NCBI GenBank assembly: GCA_905178155.1
Contig: CAJINV010000002.1
Span: forward strand, 5,699,709-5,763,708
DNA length: 64,000 nucleotides
Reading direction: 5' to 3'
DNA from: Amoebophrya sp. A120
Taxonomy: Eukaryota; Protista; Dinoflagellata
This document shows, in pieces, positions 29,311 to 41,427 of this stretch. Under the pieces are notes generated by a model, which worked only from the letters and a program-made list of their open reading frames with translations, made no database searches and had not been told where the DNA came from. The translations under genes and the position numbers were made by a program. Position 1 is the first letter of the stretch, and each line of letters starts with the position of its first letter.

Positions 29311-32300
29311 ATGCAGTTCAACCCCACCAGCTTGAGTGGGTCCATTTTGGACCGCTCAGCGGGGGCCCAGTCGCTGATGAACACGAGCGGGACGGGCGCC
29401 GCGAACTTCCGCATTCTCTCCATCGGGGAGCCGAAGCCGGTGTTTAAAAAAGAGGAAGAGGATGTCGTGCACACGGATCACGAAACCAGGGAGGTACAAC
29501 TATGTGATACAGGGTGGAGGTGCAGCTGTAATCGTCTCAAAACAGAACCACAATGACTTCTGTCGGATGACAGATCGAGTAGAGTTTGCATTTTCTGCAT
29601 GGGACTTTTGATGTAAAAAAATGCGCAATTTTATATGTAGTGAGGTCACCGAACGGTTCTAACCGGGGAGTTTTTTTGCCACCTACCGTGAAAAACGACC
29701 GGCAGTTTTCAAGCGGCCGGAAGCGTTTTTTGACATAAAAGATTTTCAATTATCAAGCCTCCGGGGCTTTGAAGTCAAACAAGCCCGGTCGAAAACTATC
29801 GACTCGCACTGGATAAAACGACGCAGGGAAGCCGGCAAAAGGGGCGCCGTTCCGAGGCGCCCGCCGCCTTGGTTTCTGGCGATTTGGGGCGCCCAAAAAG
29901 GGGCGCGCAAAAAACGCGCGCAAAATCAGAACAGCGAAACAGCATGGCACGGCCGCGATTTCGGAGCATCTTGGGCGGCCGCGAAAGCGGCCGCCTTTTC
30001 GCCGGTTTTAGAGCCTGGGAAGCTTTGCAAAAAGCGCCGGCGTGAAAAATAAAAACGCGAAAAATAAAAAACGCCCCAGACGCGCAAAGCCAATCCGCAT
30101 GCTATGGGCCCGGTTTTTCTTCGCTTTTTGGGCGCCCCCCGTGGCACCCGGATCGGCCCAATAGCATCGGGGCTGGCTTTCGGAAAGGAATTTGGGAAAT
30201 GTGCCAAAATTTGTGATGTTTCCCAAGTGGCCGCCATACCGTGCGGCATAACGTTACTCACGGCGGTATGGCGAGCCCAGAAAAAACAAAGGCGCGGCCA
30301 AGGCGGCGGTCGGCAAAAAAACGCCCACGACCTCACTACCCCCGCCCCGGCGGCTATATTTGGTATACCTTCGCAGGTACAAGTCCTTGCCGACAACGTG
30401 GTGGAAGTCCCGAAGGAAACAATCGTGGAGAAAATCGTGGAAGTGCCGGTGATTGAAACAGTGGAAAAAATCGTGGAAGAGATCATCGAGGTAAGAAGCA
30501 TCAAGGATCTTCGCTTGTTCCTTGCAATATAAACTCATTTTGGTCATGTATCATTTTTGCAGTTTGTTGTTCGACTCCTGCTAGACAAATATTAATTCTC
30601 ATGCCTCTTGTGCATAACAAGTTTTCGCTCATGTAGCTGTGATGCTGATAGATGTGCTGCAATACAAATTCTCCTCGCAGGTTCCGGTGATCAAGTACGA
30701 AGAGGAAATCATCGAAAAACCGGTGGAACGCATCGTCGAAGTCGAGCGCATATGCATTGCAAATATCGATCTGGATTTGTCATGCGAATTTCGAATGAAA
30801 GTAATAGACCTGTGTTGCACGAAGCGGAAGATTGGCGAAGTTCTTTTTTGTCGTGCCGGAAGGAGGTTTGCCATGCGATTGACGAATCAATCTTGCAAAA
30901 GCTGCCATGTCATGATACAGTCTTACAGAAGACTGCTCTGTCGTGATGCAAGACTCAGCCACACACATGAAATTCGCTCCGCGGGCTTTGCAGACCCAGA
31001 CGTGTTTGGATTTGATAGCGCATCGTCGAAGTCCCGCAGGTTATGAAAGCAGAGAAAAGGTTTTCGGTCATGATTACCCTTGCAGTTGTTCTTGCACGAC
31101 AACTTGTCGTGCAGCGAGCCGCAAAGTACATAGAATGAAACTGAAAACCTTTTCCACCTCATACACCTCCACAGGCGCATTGTTTCCCGTCCGGTCGAGA
31201 AGATCGAGGAAGAGGTGATTGAGGTTCCGAAGGTCGTTTTCGAGGAAGAATTGATCGAAGTGCCGCAGTATGCGCTGCAAAAATGTCTGGGTCGGGACGA
31301 ATGCAAGTTTGTCTTGCTGCTCTGCTGGTATGACTCTTAAGTCAAAGTCTGTCATGCACTTTACCCAAAGGCCGCAACTTTCTCTCATGCAAAAACGCAG
31401 CTTGTCATGCTGAATAGACAACACCTAGCAACTCAGAAACTTGTCATGCTGAGCCGGCACTTGTGGCATCCTCACGATTCGCCACTCAGCATGACATGTT
31501 TCCAGACCCAGGCAGATTTGCAGTTGATACGCAGACCAAGACAATCGTGGTGCCGAAATACGTGGAGGTGCCAAACATCGTGATATGAAATTGCACAACT
31601 CCCCCTCGTCCCGCTTGTTTGTAAAAATATGGGTATGGGACGAACTACAGCAATACAAACACCCGGAAATAATAACGTAGCGCCTGTGCATGACAAGTTC
31701 ATGCGCCCAATGCAGTGGTACTCCTGTTGGGGCCGCTTCCGGAGAAATTTGTCATGCAAACAATACTGCAAGGCAGCGCTTGGATCTCGATTTGGGAGAT
31801 TGCGTGACCAATGAAGGCGATGAGGGGGAGTTTGTGCACTCTCATACTGGAAGAAGATCGTCGAAAAGATCGTCGACGTGGAAGAGGAAGAGATCATCGA
31901 GGTCCCGTATCAAAAGGAAAAATCCCCCCTCCCCATATCGAAAAGGAAACTTGCGATGCTGGACTTGCGTACACAAATCAGATTTATGCTGCAGTAGAGG
32001 ACTGCAGGCATATGCCAACCCGGGGCAGCGAGGTTTTGACATAGGCGCCTAGCACTACAAATGTCCACACTAGAGGCCCAACAGCATCACAAACCGCCGG
32101 CACAATGCGGCGCGGGAGGTTTTTCCTTGCGATATACCGAAATACATCTACGAAGAGGAAATCGTCGAGCGGTCGGTCGCGGGGAAGATTTATCAAATGC
32201 AAATATGTCTGGGTCTGGAAGAATGCAAGACTTGTCATGCACATTTTGAATGGCCAATGAGGTTTGGAATGCAGAACCTACCATGACAGATTCTGTGAGG

Positions 32301-35300
32301 TCTCCATCATGCCTATCCAGCATCAGAAACTGCGCCTCCACTGGCCGTATACACGCGTAAGAAATCGGAAACGGTTCAGCGGATGCGGTCGGGTGGTACC
32401 TGTAGGACGTGGAACGGGTGTCCACCTAGGGGTATTGGCAGAGGCTAAATCTGTTCTAACGCCACGGTATTGGCAGAGGCTAAATCTGTTCTAACGCCAC
32501 CCTGACAGGAGTCAAAGGTCAAAGCGATACGATAACTTGGTCGAAAGTGGGCAGCTTTTGGTCATCATGCAACACAGATTTTTGCATGATTCTGATTTAC
32601 CATGACAAGTTCCACTTTTCCAGACCCAGACATTTTTGCAGTTGATAAGATTCAATTCGAGACAAAATACGTGGAAAAACCGATCATCCAGAAGCGCACA
32701 AAGCGCGTCCCGGTCGAGAAAATCGTGGAGAAAGTGGTATAGTAAGATGTTCTCGTGGTCTATCTTGTGATGAAAAACGCTGTTTGCCCCTCGCTCCTGC
32801 ATGATTAGAACACGAGATAATGACGTTTCTGTGCAATGCTGTAAGCTACCCAAATGTGAATTTCAGGTTCAAAAAATTCCAATTTCAGATCGAGAAGCCG
32901 GTGATTACCATCCATGAGGAGATCGTGCAGCGGGAGGTCGAAACCACGGAAATCGTCCCGAAATACGTGGAGAAAATCCAGGAGCGCATCCAGCAGCAGC
33001 CCAAGATCGAGTACGTGGAGGAGATTATTGAGGTGCCGAAAATCAAGTACGAGGAAGAAATCATCGAGCGGGAGGTACCGCAGGTGAACACTGTCCAGAA
33101 GTACGTCGAGGTGCCGCAGATCCACGAGCGCATCCAGCACGTGTACAAGGACGTGGTCGAGGAGGAGATCGTGGAGATCCCGAAAATCCAGACCGTCGAG
33201 CGCTTGCTGCAGCGCGAGGTGGAGCAGGAAATCGAAATTCCAAAGTACGTCGAAGTGGAGAAGAAGCACGTGCACCACCACCGCCACGTGGGTATCCTGT
33301 GCAAGAGAAATGTATCCTGATGGTAGTCATTGCAGTGATGCATAACTGATGCGCTTTTCTGCAGCAGATATGCATGACAAGTTCGGCGAAATAAAATTTG
33401 TGATGCAAAAGCTCTTACTATTGCGACTTACAACTTTTGCAATGCATAATGGTGGAACAGAGACAAAAGACCGTGGAAGTGGTCAAGGAGAAGATTATCG
33501 AGAAGATCATTGAGAAAAAGAAACCGCTCATCCAGGAGAAGATTATCCACGTGCCCAAATACGTCGAGGTCGAGAAGACCGTGAAGGTATATGCGGGAGA
33601 GATGGACGACCGATAGGACAGTGTAATGTTAATGTACAAAAATCAGTAACACACCTAGTACATTGATTATCACCCACTCTCTCTGCTGTATGTGTTTCTT
33701 ACTCAAAATAATTTCTACTTATTTCGCTTCTTATCATGCATGACAAAAATCCACCTCACAACCTTCCTCAGGTGGAGAAATTAGTCGAGGTTCCGGTGGT
33801 GAAAGAGGTGGAGAAGATCGTGGAGGTGCCCAAGGTGACGGTGGAGGAAGAAATCGAGGAGTATGAAGTGGTCCGCAAGGTGCAGAAATTTGTCGAGGTC
33901 GAGAGGATCGAAAAAGTGCAGAAATACGTGCACGTAGAGGAGCAAAACACGGTGGAGCAGGTCATCGAGGTGCCCGGGCCCATCCAAATCGTGGAAGAGG
34001 TGGTCGAGCGCAACGTTGCCAAGAAGGTCAAGAAGTACGTCGAGGTGCCCACCGTGCAAAAGATTCTCAAGTACGTCGACGTGCCACGGGATCGCGTCAT
34101 CGAGAACGTCATCGAGGTAGTACTTTTGTCAAAAGGGGTTGTCATGCATAGCGTGCACCTGAAACTGAATCTGATGAGATACAGTGAGCACTGATTCTTC
34201 ATCAGGTCAGAATGCAGTCTGTCAGCCCCAACGTCTATCCGAATGAAAGATGAGAACACTTTTCATGCAAAACAAAAACGTCACCACAGATCCCCAAGAT
34301 CCAGTACGAGGACGAAATTGTGGAGGTTCCGGTCGAGAAGGTGATTGAAATCATCAAGGAAGTGCCACAGAATATCCACTGCAAATATGATGTCTTGGTC
34401 TGCAGAGATGCGCAGCGAATTTGTGTTGCTGAGTCTTGTAATATGTCGAAACTCTTTGGTGTGGCAGTATGGCATGACAAGTTTTGCGGGGCTTTAGGAT
34501 TGCGGATTCAGTCGTAATGCGCATGACACGCTGCCTTGTCCTAGCACGGACGACAAAAAAACTAAGCGGTCGTGGTCATGCAATACTTACAAGTCTCGCT
34601 GTGGTCGAAATTTTGCATCAGACTGATATTTGCGATGCATACAGATCGAGAAGAGACAAAAGTTTGTTGACGTCCCCACGGAGCGGATTATCGAAAAGAT
34701 TGTCGAGGTCCCGAAATTTGTGGACAAGATCGTCGAAGTGCCAGTGATCCAGAAAATTCAGAAGTTCGTCGAGGTAAGAATCCATATAATTGTTCGCTTT
34801 GTCATGCAGAGCTACAATTTGGATTTGCATTTGCCGTTGTAGTTGCCATGCATGGTATACGAAGAACAACTACAAGAACACGCCTCTACTTCTCAGGTTC
34901 CGAAAATCGAAAAAGTCCCGCGTTACGTGGACAAGCCGGTCTCTACTATCCTCCGCAAAAGTATCGGCTAATCGTATGATGAAATGGAATAAAAAATGTA
35001 TACGCGGTTACAAAAGCTTCTTTCGAAATTTGTCACGGTGACCTGTTTTACCATGACAAATTTCGTCTGTATTTTGCCGTATTGAAATAATTTGTGATGC
35101 AAAAATCGCTTCTGAATAGTACGATGTTTTTGCAAAATCCATATCTACCACACAAGAGCAAATCGTAGAGGTGCCAAAAATCGAATACGTGGACAAGATC
35201 GTCGAAGTGCCGCAAGTCCGCAAGGTCACGAAGTACATCGAGGTGCCGGAAATCAGGTAAGCATGATATGCGGCTTCCCTGCATGAGAAATCACGTTTGA

Positions 35301-36956
35301 TGTGATGGTACTGTTTGCATGAGAGAGTTTGAATAAAGTGGGGAAACGGAGTTAATGAAAATCAAAATCTTCACAATTTTACCTTTTGCAGATACGTCGA
35401 CAAGATTGTGGATGTGCCGAAGATTATCTGCGTGGAGAAGATTGTGGAGATCACGAAGGATAGCCATGAGCGTATCCTATGTAAAAACGTCCCCACACCA
35501 TAGTCAAGATGGGGAATCGGCTAGACAAATCCACAAGCTTTGGCTGTTTTGCATGACAAATTTGGACTCGTAGTGCAGTGCTGTTTTAAGGAGTTAAGCA
35601 GAATCACAGATCCAGTTTATCATGCTGATTGGAGCATGACAAATTCCATACCGCGATTAGAAAATGCTTCTCATGGGGCTCCGCATGGGAAACATTTTCA
35701 GCATTCAGATTTGCATTACAACCATGGGGTCGGGACGTTTTTAAATACGATAGAGCGCGTGCAGGAGGAAACCAATACCGTTTTTGTGGACAATATGGGA
35801 GTGTCAGAATCGAAATCAACAAAATCGAAATACTTTGTGATGCATAAAATCAATACCAGTTGAAGCCTCAGCTTCCAAGTGACGGATGACAAATTTCGGG
35901 AGCACCAAAATCCTTTCTGTCATGCTGTTTAGCGAAAGGCGGTATCCTTTGTCATGCGACTTTAGCAGCTGTATCCCAAACCCTAAACAGGCTTGCAATC
36001 GGCGTCGCTTGCAGTCCCTGCAAGGTAGTCACTTCGTCCCTTGCATTTCATGCATTGCAGATTATTTCGACTTTATCGATTTCGATCCTGACGCTTCCAT
36101 AGACAACGGAAAGGAGTCCATTGTCGGGCAGCAGTCCCACGAACAGCAGTACCTGGAGGGGGACGCACTGGAGCCAAAAACCAACTCGGTGAAGCACGAG
36201 TGGGACGTGGCCGCGGCGCAGGCGGGCATGCAAAATTACAACAACGTGCAGCTCCCCATGCTGCCCCGGGATCAGTACGGCTCGCTCGAGCACGCGGCCT
36301 TGGGGGCCAGCAGGTCAAATCTGGGCGGAATATCAAAAGGAAAAATCCCCCCACCCCATATCGAAATGGAAATCTGTGATGCGGGATTTGTGTACACAAA
36401 TCGGCTTTGTCTTGCAGTAGAGAACTGCAGACAGATACGAAGCCGGATTAGGGATGTTTTGCTGTAGGCGCCTAGCAAGGTATGGGCATTCTCTGTAGGC
36501 CAGACAGCATTACAAATTGCCTGCAGAACGCGGCGGGGTTTTTTATTTGTCTTCTTGCAATACAGAGACGATTTGTGGCCTCAAATCAGCATCACAAATT
36601 TTGAGAAGTATCCCGTTCTGGTATGGGGAGGGGGGATTTTTCCTTTCGATACGGAAGCATTAGTGGCATGAACTTGGGCGCCAGCTTCGGACAGTTCGGA
36701 CTGGGGAAACTGAGTACTATGTGTTTACGAATTTTTTTTTTTGGGATGCAGCATGACAGATTTTCATTGTTGTACTCGTGGAGTAAATGTGCGTGACAAG
36801 GTAGTACGCTTTCTTCATCAACAACTAGTATTGATGAAAACCAACCGCAACCCAGCCTCCGCAACGGACCATTTGGATGCCAGTCGGGGCAGTCGGTTCA
36901 ACGTGCAAATGCCGACGGTGCAATTGCCAGGGTTCGGTCAGCAGCAGGCAGAGTAA
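29311..36956 (+). CDS. Alveolin / inner-membrane-complex (IMCp, articulin-like) cytoskeletal protein; many exons, 12 introners plus GT-AG introns
   Basis: Extensive EKIVEVP / EEIIEVPK / QKYVEVP repeats through the reconstructed exons, with non-repetitive N- and C-termini. Confidence 0.9.
30751..31017. mobile_element. Introner, family B (267 bp)
   Basis: TATGCATTGCAAATATC...CAGACCCAGACGTGTTTGGATTTGATA; duplication GCGCA; restores ERIVEVP. Confidence 0.9.
31042..31163. mobile_element. Short degenerate introner (122 bp)
   Basis: IR TATGA...GAAAAGGTTTTCGGT / ACTGAAAACCTTTTCCACCTCATA; diverged duplication CAGGT/CACCT; restores VPQVHRRIV, whereas the nearby GT-AG pair is out of frame. Confidence 0.8.
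31269..31529. mobile_element. Introner, family B (261 bp)
   Basis: TATGCGCTGCAAAAATGTCTGGGTC...GACCCAGGCAGATTTGCAGTTGATA; duplication CGCAG. Confidence 0.9.
31584..31846. mobile_element. Introner, family F (263 bp)
   Basis: TATGAAATTGCACAACTCCCCCTC / GAGGGGGAGTTTGTGCACTCTCATA; diverged duplication CGTGA/CTGGA; restores IVKKIVEK. Confidence 0.88.
31908..32134. mobile_element. Introner, family C (227 bp)
   Basis: TATCAAAAGGAAAAATCCCCC...GGTTTTTCCTTGCGATA; duplication TCCCG/TACCG; restores EVPKYI. Confidence 0.88.
32191..32647. mobile_element. Introner, family B, long form (457 bp)
   Basis: TATCAAATGCAAATATGTCTGGGTCTGGAA / TTCCAGACCCAGACATTTTTGCAGTTGATA; duplication AGATT. Confidence 0.92.
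32431..32500. repeat. Perfect 35-bp tandem duplication inside the long introner
   Basis: GGTATTGGCAGAGGCTAAATCTGTTCTAACGCCAC x2. Confidence 0.93.
33293..33448. mobile_element. Degenerate introner, family E (156 bp)
   Basis: TATCCTGTGCAAGAG...ACTTTTGCAATGCATA; diverged duplication GTGGG/ATGGT. Confidence 0.7.
34373..34641. mobile_element. Introner, family B-like (269 bp)
   Basis: TATCCACTGCAAATAT...ATATTTGCGATGCATA; duplication CAGAA/CAGAT; restores VPQIEKRQK. Confidence 0.88.
34947..35143. mobile_element. Introner, family E (197 bp)
   Basis: TATCCTCCGCAAAAGTATCG...CGATGTTTTTGCAAAATCCATA; duplication TCTAC. Confidence 0.87.
35473..35752. mobile_element. Introner, family A (280 bp), reverse complement of 13395-13674
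   Basis: TATCCTATGTAAAAACGTCCCC...GGGACGTTTTTAAATACGATA; duplication GAGCG. Confidence 0.93.
35794..36101. mobile_element. Introner, family D (308 bp)
   Basis: TATGGGAGTGTCAGAATCG...GATCCTGACGCTTCCATA; duplication GACAA. Confidence 0.92.
36331..36651. mobile_element. Introner, family C (321 bp), reverse-complement relative of 14627-14947
   Basis: TATCAAAAGGAAAAATCCCCC / GGGGGATTTTTCCTTTCGATA; duplication CGGAA. Confidence 0.93.
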
Positions 36957-38742
36957 AAATTGTCGAAAACAACATCATCATTATTTCTTCGGAAAGTTGA
37001 AATTTTACTTTTTTGTAAAAACAGTTGATAGAAAGCTCTTTATACTGTTTCTAAAATCGACGTTGATTGGGCAATTAGTTTCAATATGAGAAATTAAACT
37101 GATGTTTCGCAATTTTAAGACCGCCTGTACTAGCTGTTGATAATTGTTAATAATACACTAATGACAAGAACCCTTGGAAAATTACAGCCAATGGCTACAA
37201 GTGCACAATAGTTGAGAAAGTTTGCATGATTTTTCAGACGCTACGATTTTCAGGACAAAAATTCCGACCGCGACGGGTAAAGTACACAACATTGGAAATG
37301 TTTCGTTCCGATAGGTTTTCGGCTCCTCTTGTAAAAATTGTCCGGGGACAAAAAAATTGAAGTGGTTTTTCAACTACTGGCACGTCGACCCCGAAGATAA
37401 CTGTTAGGTTTTCATCGGCGGATCGTCAGCTAGATGTAGTAGCTTATTTCAAGAGAAAATATCAAATGCACTCCAATGAATAATTTTCCATGAAGATGAT
37501 AATCAAGAGAAGCAGCAAACGCAGAGACCGGACGAGGACAAAACTGCGGCAACTAGTATCCCTATCCTATGACGTCTCTCTCTAGAAAACGGAACTGAAG
37601 TAGTTTGCAGAACCTGACGCGGGAGAGAGGATAAGAAGGCAAAACTTCGTCTGTTTTTCTACCACCCAAGGACCGGAATAGTCGAGATTGATGGAGATGA
37701 ATCAGCTCCAGGATACAAAAAACTTCAACAACCTAAACCACGTTTTGAAACTTACTATCAGACACTGAACACATAGACTAAGTCACAGACTCATCCTAAT
37801 ATCAGACGCAGACTCAATTTAATATCGACTTACTTACGCTTGATTATTTTATTACAACAATTTTTTTTCCGATGCATACCTACCCTACCTTCAGATCGGC
37901 CTCACGTACCAGCTACGCGCGTCCCGCCACGACGACCCTAAGTATCTAATGTTGAAGACTTCATTTCTACCTCGCACCCTAGTAGACTATCGATTAGGTA
38001 AGTTGTTGTTTTAATACAGATTGAGAATTCATCATCACACAGAATCAAAATAATATGGTCAATAGATACTCACATGGAAATTGTTTATCAACATGAAATA
38101 TTAGCGGTACTCTGTTTCGTATCACCTCCTTCACCACAAGGAGAAACTAGAGATTTATGGGAAGTGGCTTCATGATCTCCTTCACAACTCGAGGAGGAGT
38201 CACAAAAATTAGCTGCAGGCGAATCTGATATGATGAAGGTGACACCCAAATTGAAATTAGTAGCAGAGAAGAACACGAGTTGATTTTTAATGCAGGCAAT
38301 TATAATAGATCAGGATGTAGTTGTTGGAACCAGAGGAGACAAGAACGATAAGCAAAGCATATTGAACAGCATATCACAACCATATCGGCAAAACAACATT
38401 CCCAAAATGACCGGACAGGCGCAGGCAACGCACGAGGCTTGCGTTTCTTGGGCAGCCGCGTTTTCGGGCTTATGCATTTCATAGGTCGCTTTTATCTCAT
38501 TTGTTCGAACAGCAAGACAAAGGATCAGGACGATCAACCACAACAGTGTAGCAAGACGCAGTAAAAAATGCCGCACTCCGCTCAGACTGTCAGGGCAGCT
38601 CTTGTGACGGTACATCAGAATGATTTGGAAAGTTGTGCCGTAGCTGTAGCGCAACCCTAGCGCTCTCTTATTTCCTTTCGAGTTGTACTTTGTCCTCAGT
38701 AGGCGTCGCGCCACTAGCAGTACCACAGAAACAACTAAAAAT

Positions 38743-40552
38743 ATGGCCGCCAGCAAGACCGTTTCCCCGCTGTGGGGCACCGATGCCTGGGTGGACATGT
38801 GGAGCGGCTTTCGGTACCCCTTGCAGGAGCCAGGGACGTTGCCTTCCAAGGTGCAGAAAGTATTTTCCGAGAACCAGAAGCTGGATTTCCCCCTGATCAC
38901 AGAAATTTGCGAACTCGCGGAAAAACGGCCCTACGAAATCCTGGAATCCGTCCAGATTTTATCGCAGAGTCTACGGGAAAACGCAGCGACCAAACTGAAA
39001 GTATTCGATCCAGTGACTGTTTTGACGTAAGAATTTATTTACATTGCTACTAGTTCACTTCAGAGATCCAGCTCGCAAAGTATCAATGCCAAGAAAGCGA
39101 CCAGAGCAAAGCATTTTCAGTGTCAATCTTCTCTTCCAACAGGTGGTGACCCTTTTGAATGAGATGGTGTACAGCATGCACGTGGTCTACTGCGTCTACA
39201 ACGACCGAAATCTCCTGCAAATGATCCGCCAGCTGCAAAAGAAGGGCAGCGAGAAGGACAACTCCTTCGAGAATCAGCTGGACGAGGAAATGGCGAACAA
39301 CCTGCGAATGTTCTGCTGCGAAATCGAGCGCAAGGTCCGTCAGGAGTCCCGGAATGCCGTGGCACCGCCGAAGGTGAAGCCGCGACACATTGACATCAGC
39401 TTTTCGTCGAGAAATAATACGAACAAGTCGCCGGCTCTCGTCGTTCCAGGGCATCAAATAAATCAGGGTAGTGCAACTACTGCTGCTGCAAACGACCACC
39501 AGCACTTTGGGCAACACCAGTCACAGCAGCAGCCGGTGCAATTCCAGCAAGTTGCACCTGCAAACTATATGCAACATCAGCAGCAGGTGGTTCCTCAACC
39601 GCAGCAACAAAGCAGTGGGCCGCCAGCCGCACATCCATCCGACCAGGTAGCAGGTGTTGTTGACAACAGTCCTTCATCCCGCACGCCCTCATTTCGCGCC
39701 AGCGAGCGGAGTGCGCAGCAGTTTGAGCCGGTCCCGCGCGTACCATCGCACAATACGACCTCACCCGCGAACGACCGAAAGCGGCCCCCGCCGATCGACA
39801 CAAGAAACGGTGACGGGATCATTTCCAACGGCGGCGCGACCGCTGCTGGGAATTATCAACCAAGCAACGACGTCCTACCCCCACCACCAGACGGCTATCT
39901 GCCCCAGCCGGATGCCGGATTTCTGCCCCAACCCGATGGAGTTCTTTTACCCCCTCCACAAGATGGGACGAACAACGCAGGAGCACTGCCGTTGCCCCAA
40001 CCTGACGCCGCGGGGTCGTTCTCATTACCTCCGCCCGACGCGCTGCCGGACCCGACCAATGTGCTGTCAAGCAGCAAAAACTCAAATACCACTTTTGTCC
40101 CCCTCGTTGCAGACACGTCGTTCTCCCTCGACCCCACACAACTGAGTGCCAGTACGGATTATACAACCAAGGGGGTTCGTGATGGACCACCACCACAACC
40201 TGCGTACGGGGATAATGTTGGGATAGCTACGTCTGCTTCGGAGCAGTCATCTCATTACCAGCAGCCACCGACCTTTCAGCAACGGGAAGCACCACAGATA
40301 GACCCGTACCAACAGCAGCAGCAGCAGCAGATGCCGCAACAGTTCGATCCTTCGCAACCATCCTCGTCGCAAATGGGTACTAATATGCAGCAACTGCCCG
40401 CCCAGTCTCAGCAGATGGCGGCTCCATCTGAGCCGCCACCCGCGTTCCTAAAAGCCTTCGAGGTTTCGGAGGGACAGGGAAATGGTGGTGACATGTTGAA
40501 AAACAAATCCCCAACTTCGCAAAAGGGGGCGGCCCTCTCGGATTTGTTTTAG
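38743..40552 (+). CDS. VHS/ENTH-like N-terminal domain protein with Pro/Gln-rich tail (GT-AG intron 39001-39142)
   Basis: DFPLITEICELAEKRPYEILESVQILSQSL...KLKVVTLLNEMV resembles the VHS helical pattern; long disordered P/Q tail typical of trafficking adaptors. Confidence 0.55.
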
Positions 40553-41427
40553 CATTAGCCTGTTGTACTGGATCTTCGATCATCATTTTTATCTCGAGTG
40601 CCATTCGTGCTGAGAAGCGGGAGCCGCACAAAAAGACCTTTGAGGTACTTAGTGTTCTGAGTGGAGTTATTTCTTTGTTCTAAACATTCAGCGAATGTTG
40701 TCGCGACTTTCATGAAACTTTTTCAACAAGACGTCTTCCACAGCGGATCGTTGCAGCTGCCAGCATGCTTGTAATTTGATTTTTTCGAGCTTTCGTGAAC
40801 TGCAGAGTTAGACGATGAGGACAACAGGAAAGGTTCACGCAGTTCTCTTGAAGAAGAAAGATCATGCTATGGTTCAGTTTGAAGCCTGAAGTCGTCGATC
40901 CGCAGGGCGGGTGGTTTTTCAAGAGAAAAAGATGAGCTTTGTTTGGATCACGATCCGAAGGCGAACGAAGGAGCGAGATCATAGTTTGTTGCGTGCCCTC
41001 GCAGTGTGGAGAAGAAACAGGACCAAGCTCTTTCTAGATTTTCTTGATCTTCTGTTGCTCTTCTTCTGGTGAGTCCGAGTCGTTGCTGGTTTTCAATTTT
41101 CTTGATCAAGACGCGATCCACGACGGCTACGGAAGTACCAGGAGTCTGGTTGCGATTGTCTGCGCGTTGGTCCCACCCTCCGCGCGTAGCGACATAATTC
41201 TAATGTTTTCGCGAAATGTTACGTATCTATGAGAAATCATAATCACTTTATTCACGTAAAGAAACCTTTCCCCGCACCACCTTTGGATATTCCGGTTACC
41301 AAACGTAAACACGACAAACATGAAACCTGCATCAAGCACATGCAATGGCGCACCAGCCGGGCGTGCGCGCGGCAACCCAGGCAGTTTTTACTCGCCAGAG
41401 GAACGTGGACTTCGAGACCGCTGCAAT

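Noticed and set aside
32431-32500. 35-bp repeat as a possible CRISPR array
   Set aside because: Two adjacent copies with no spacer, no cas genes, eukaryotic context
38310-38900. 196-aa minus-strand ORF with hydrophobic stretches
   Set aside because: Overlaps the start of the VHS-like gene in antisense and has no recognisable motif
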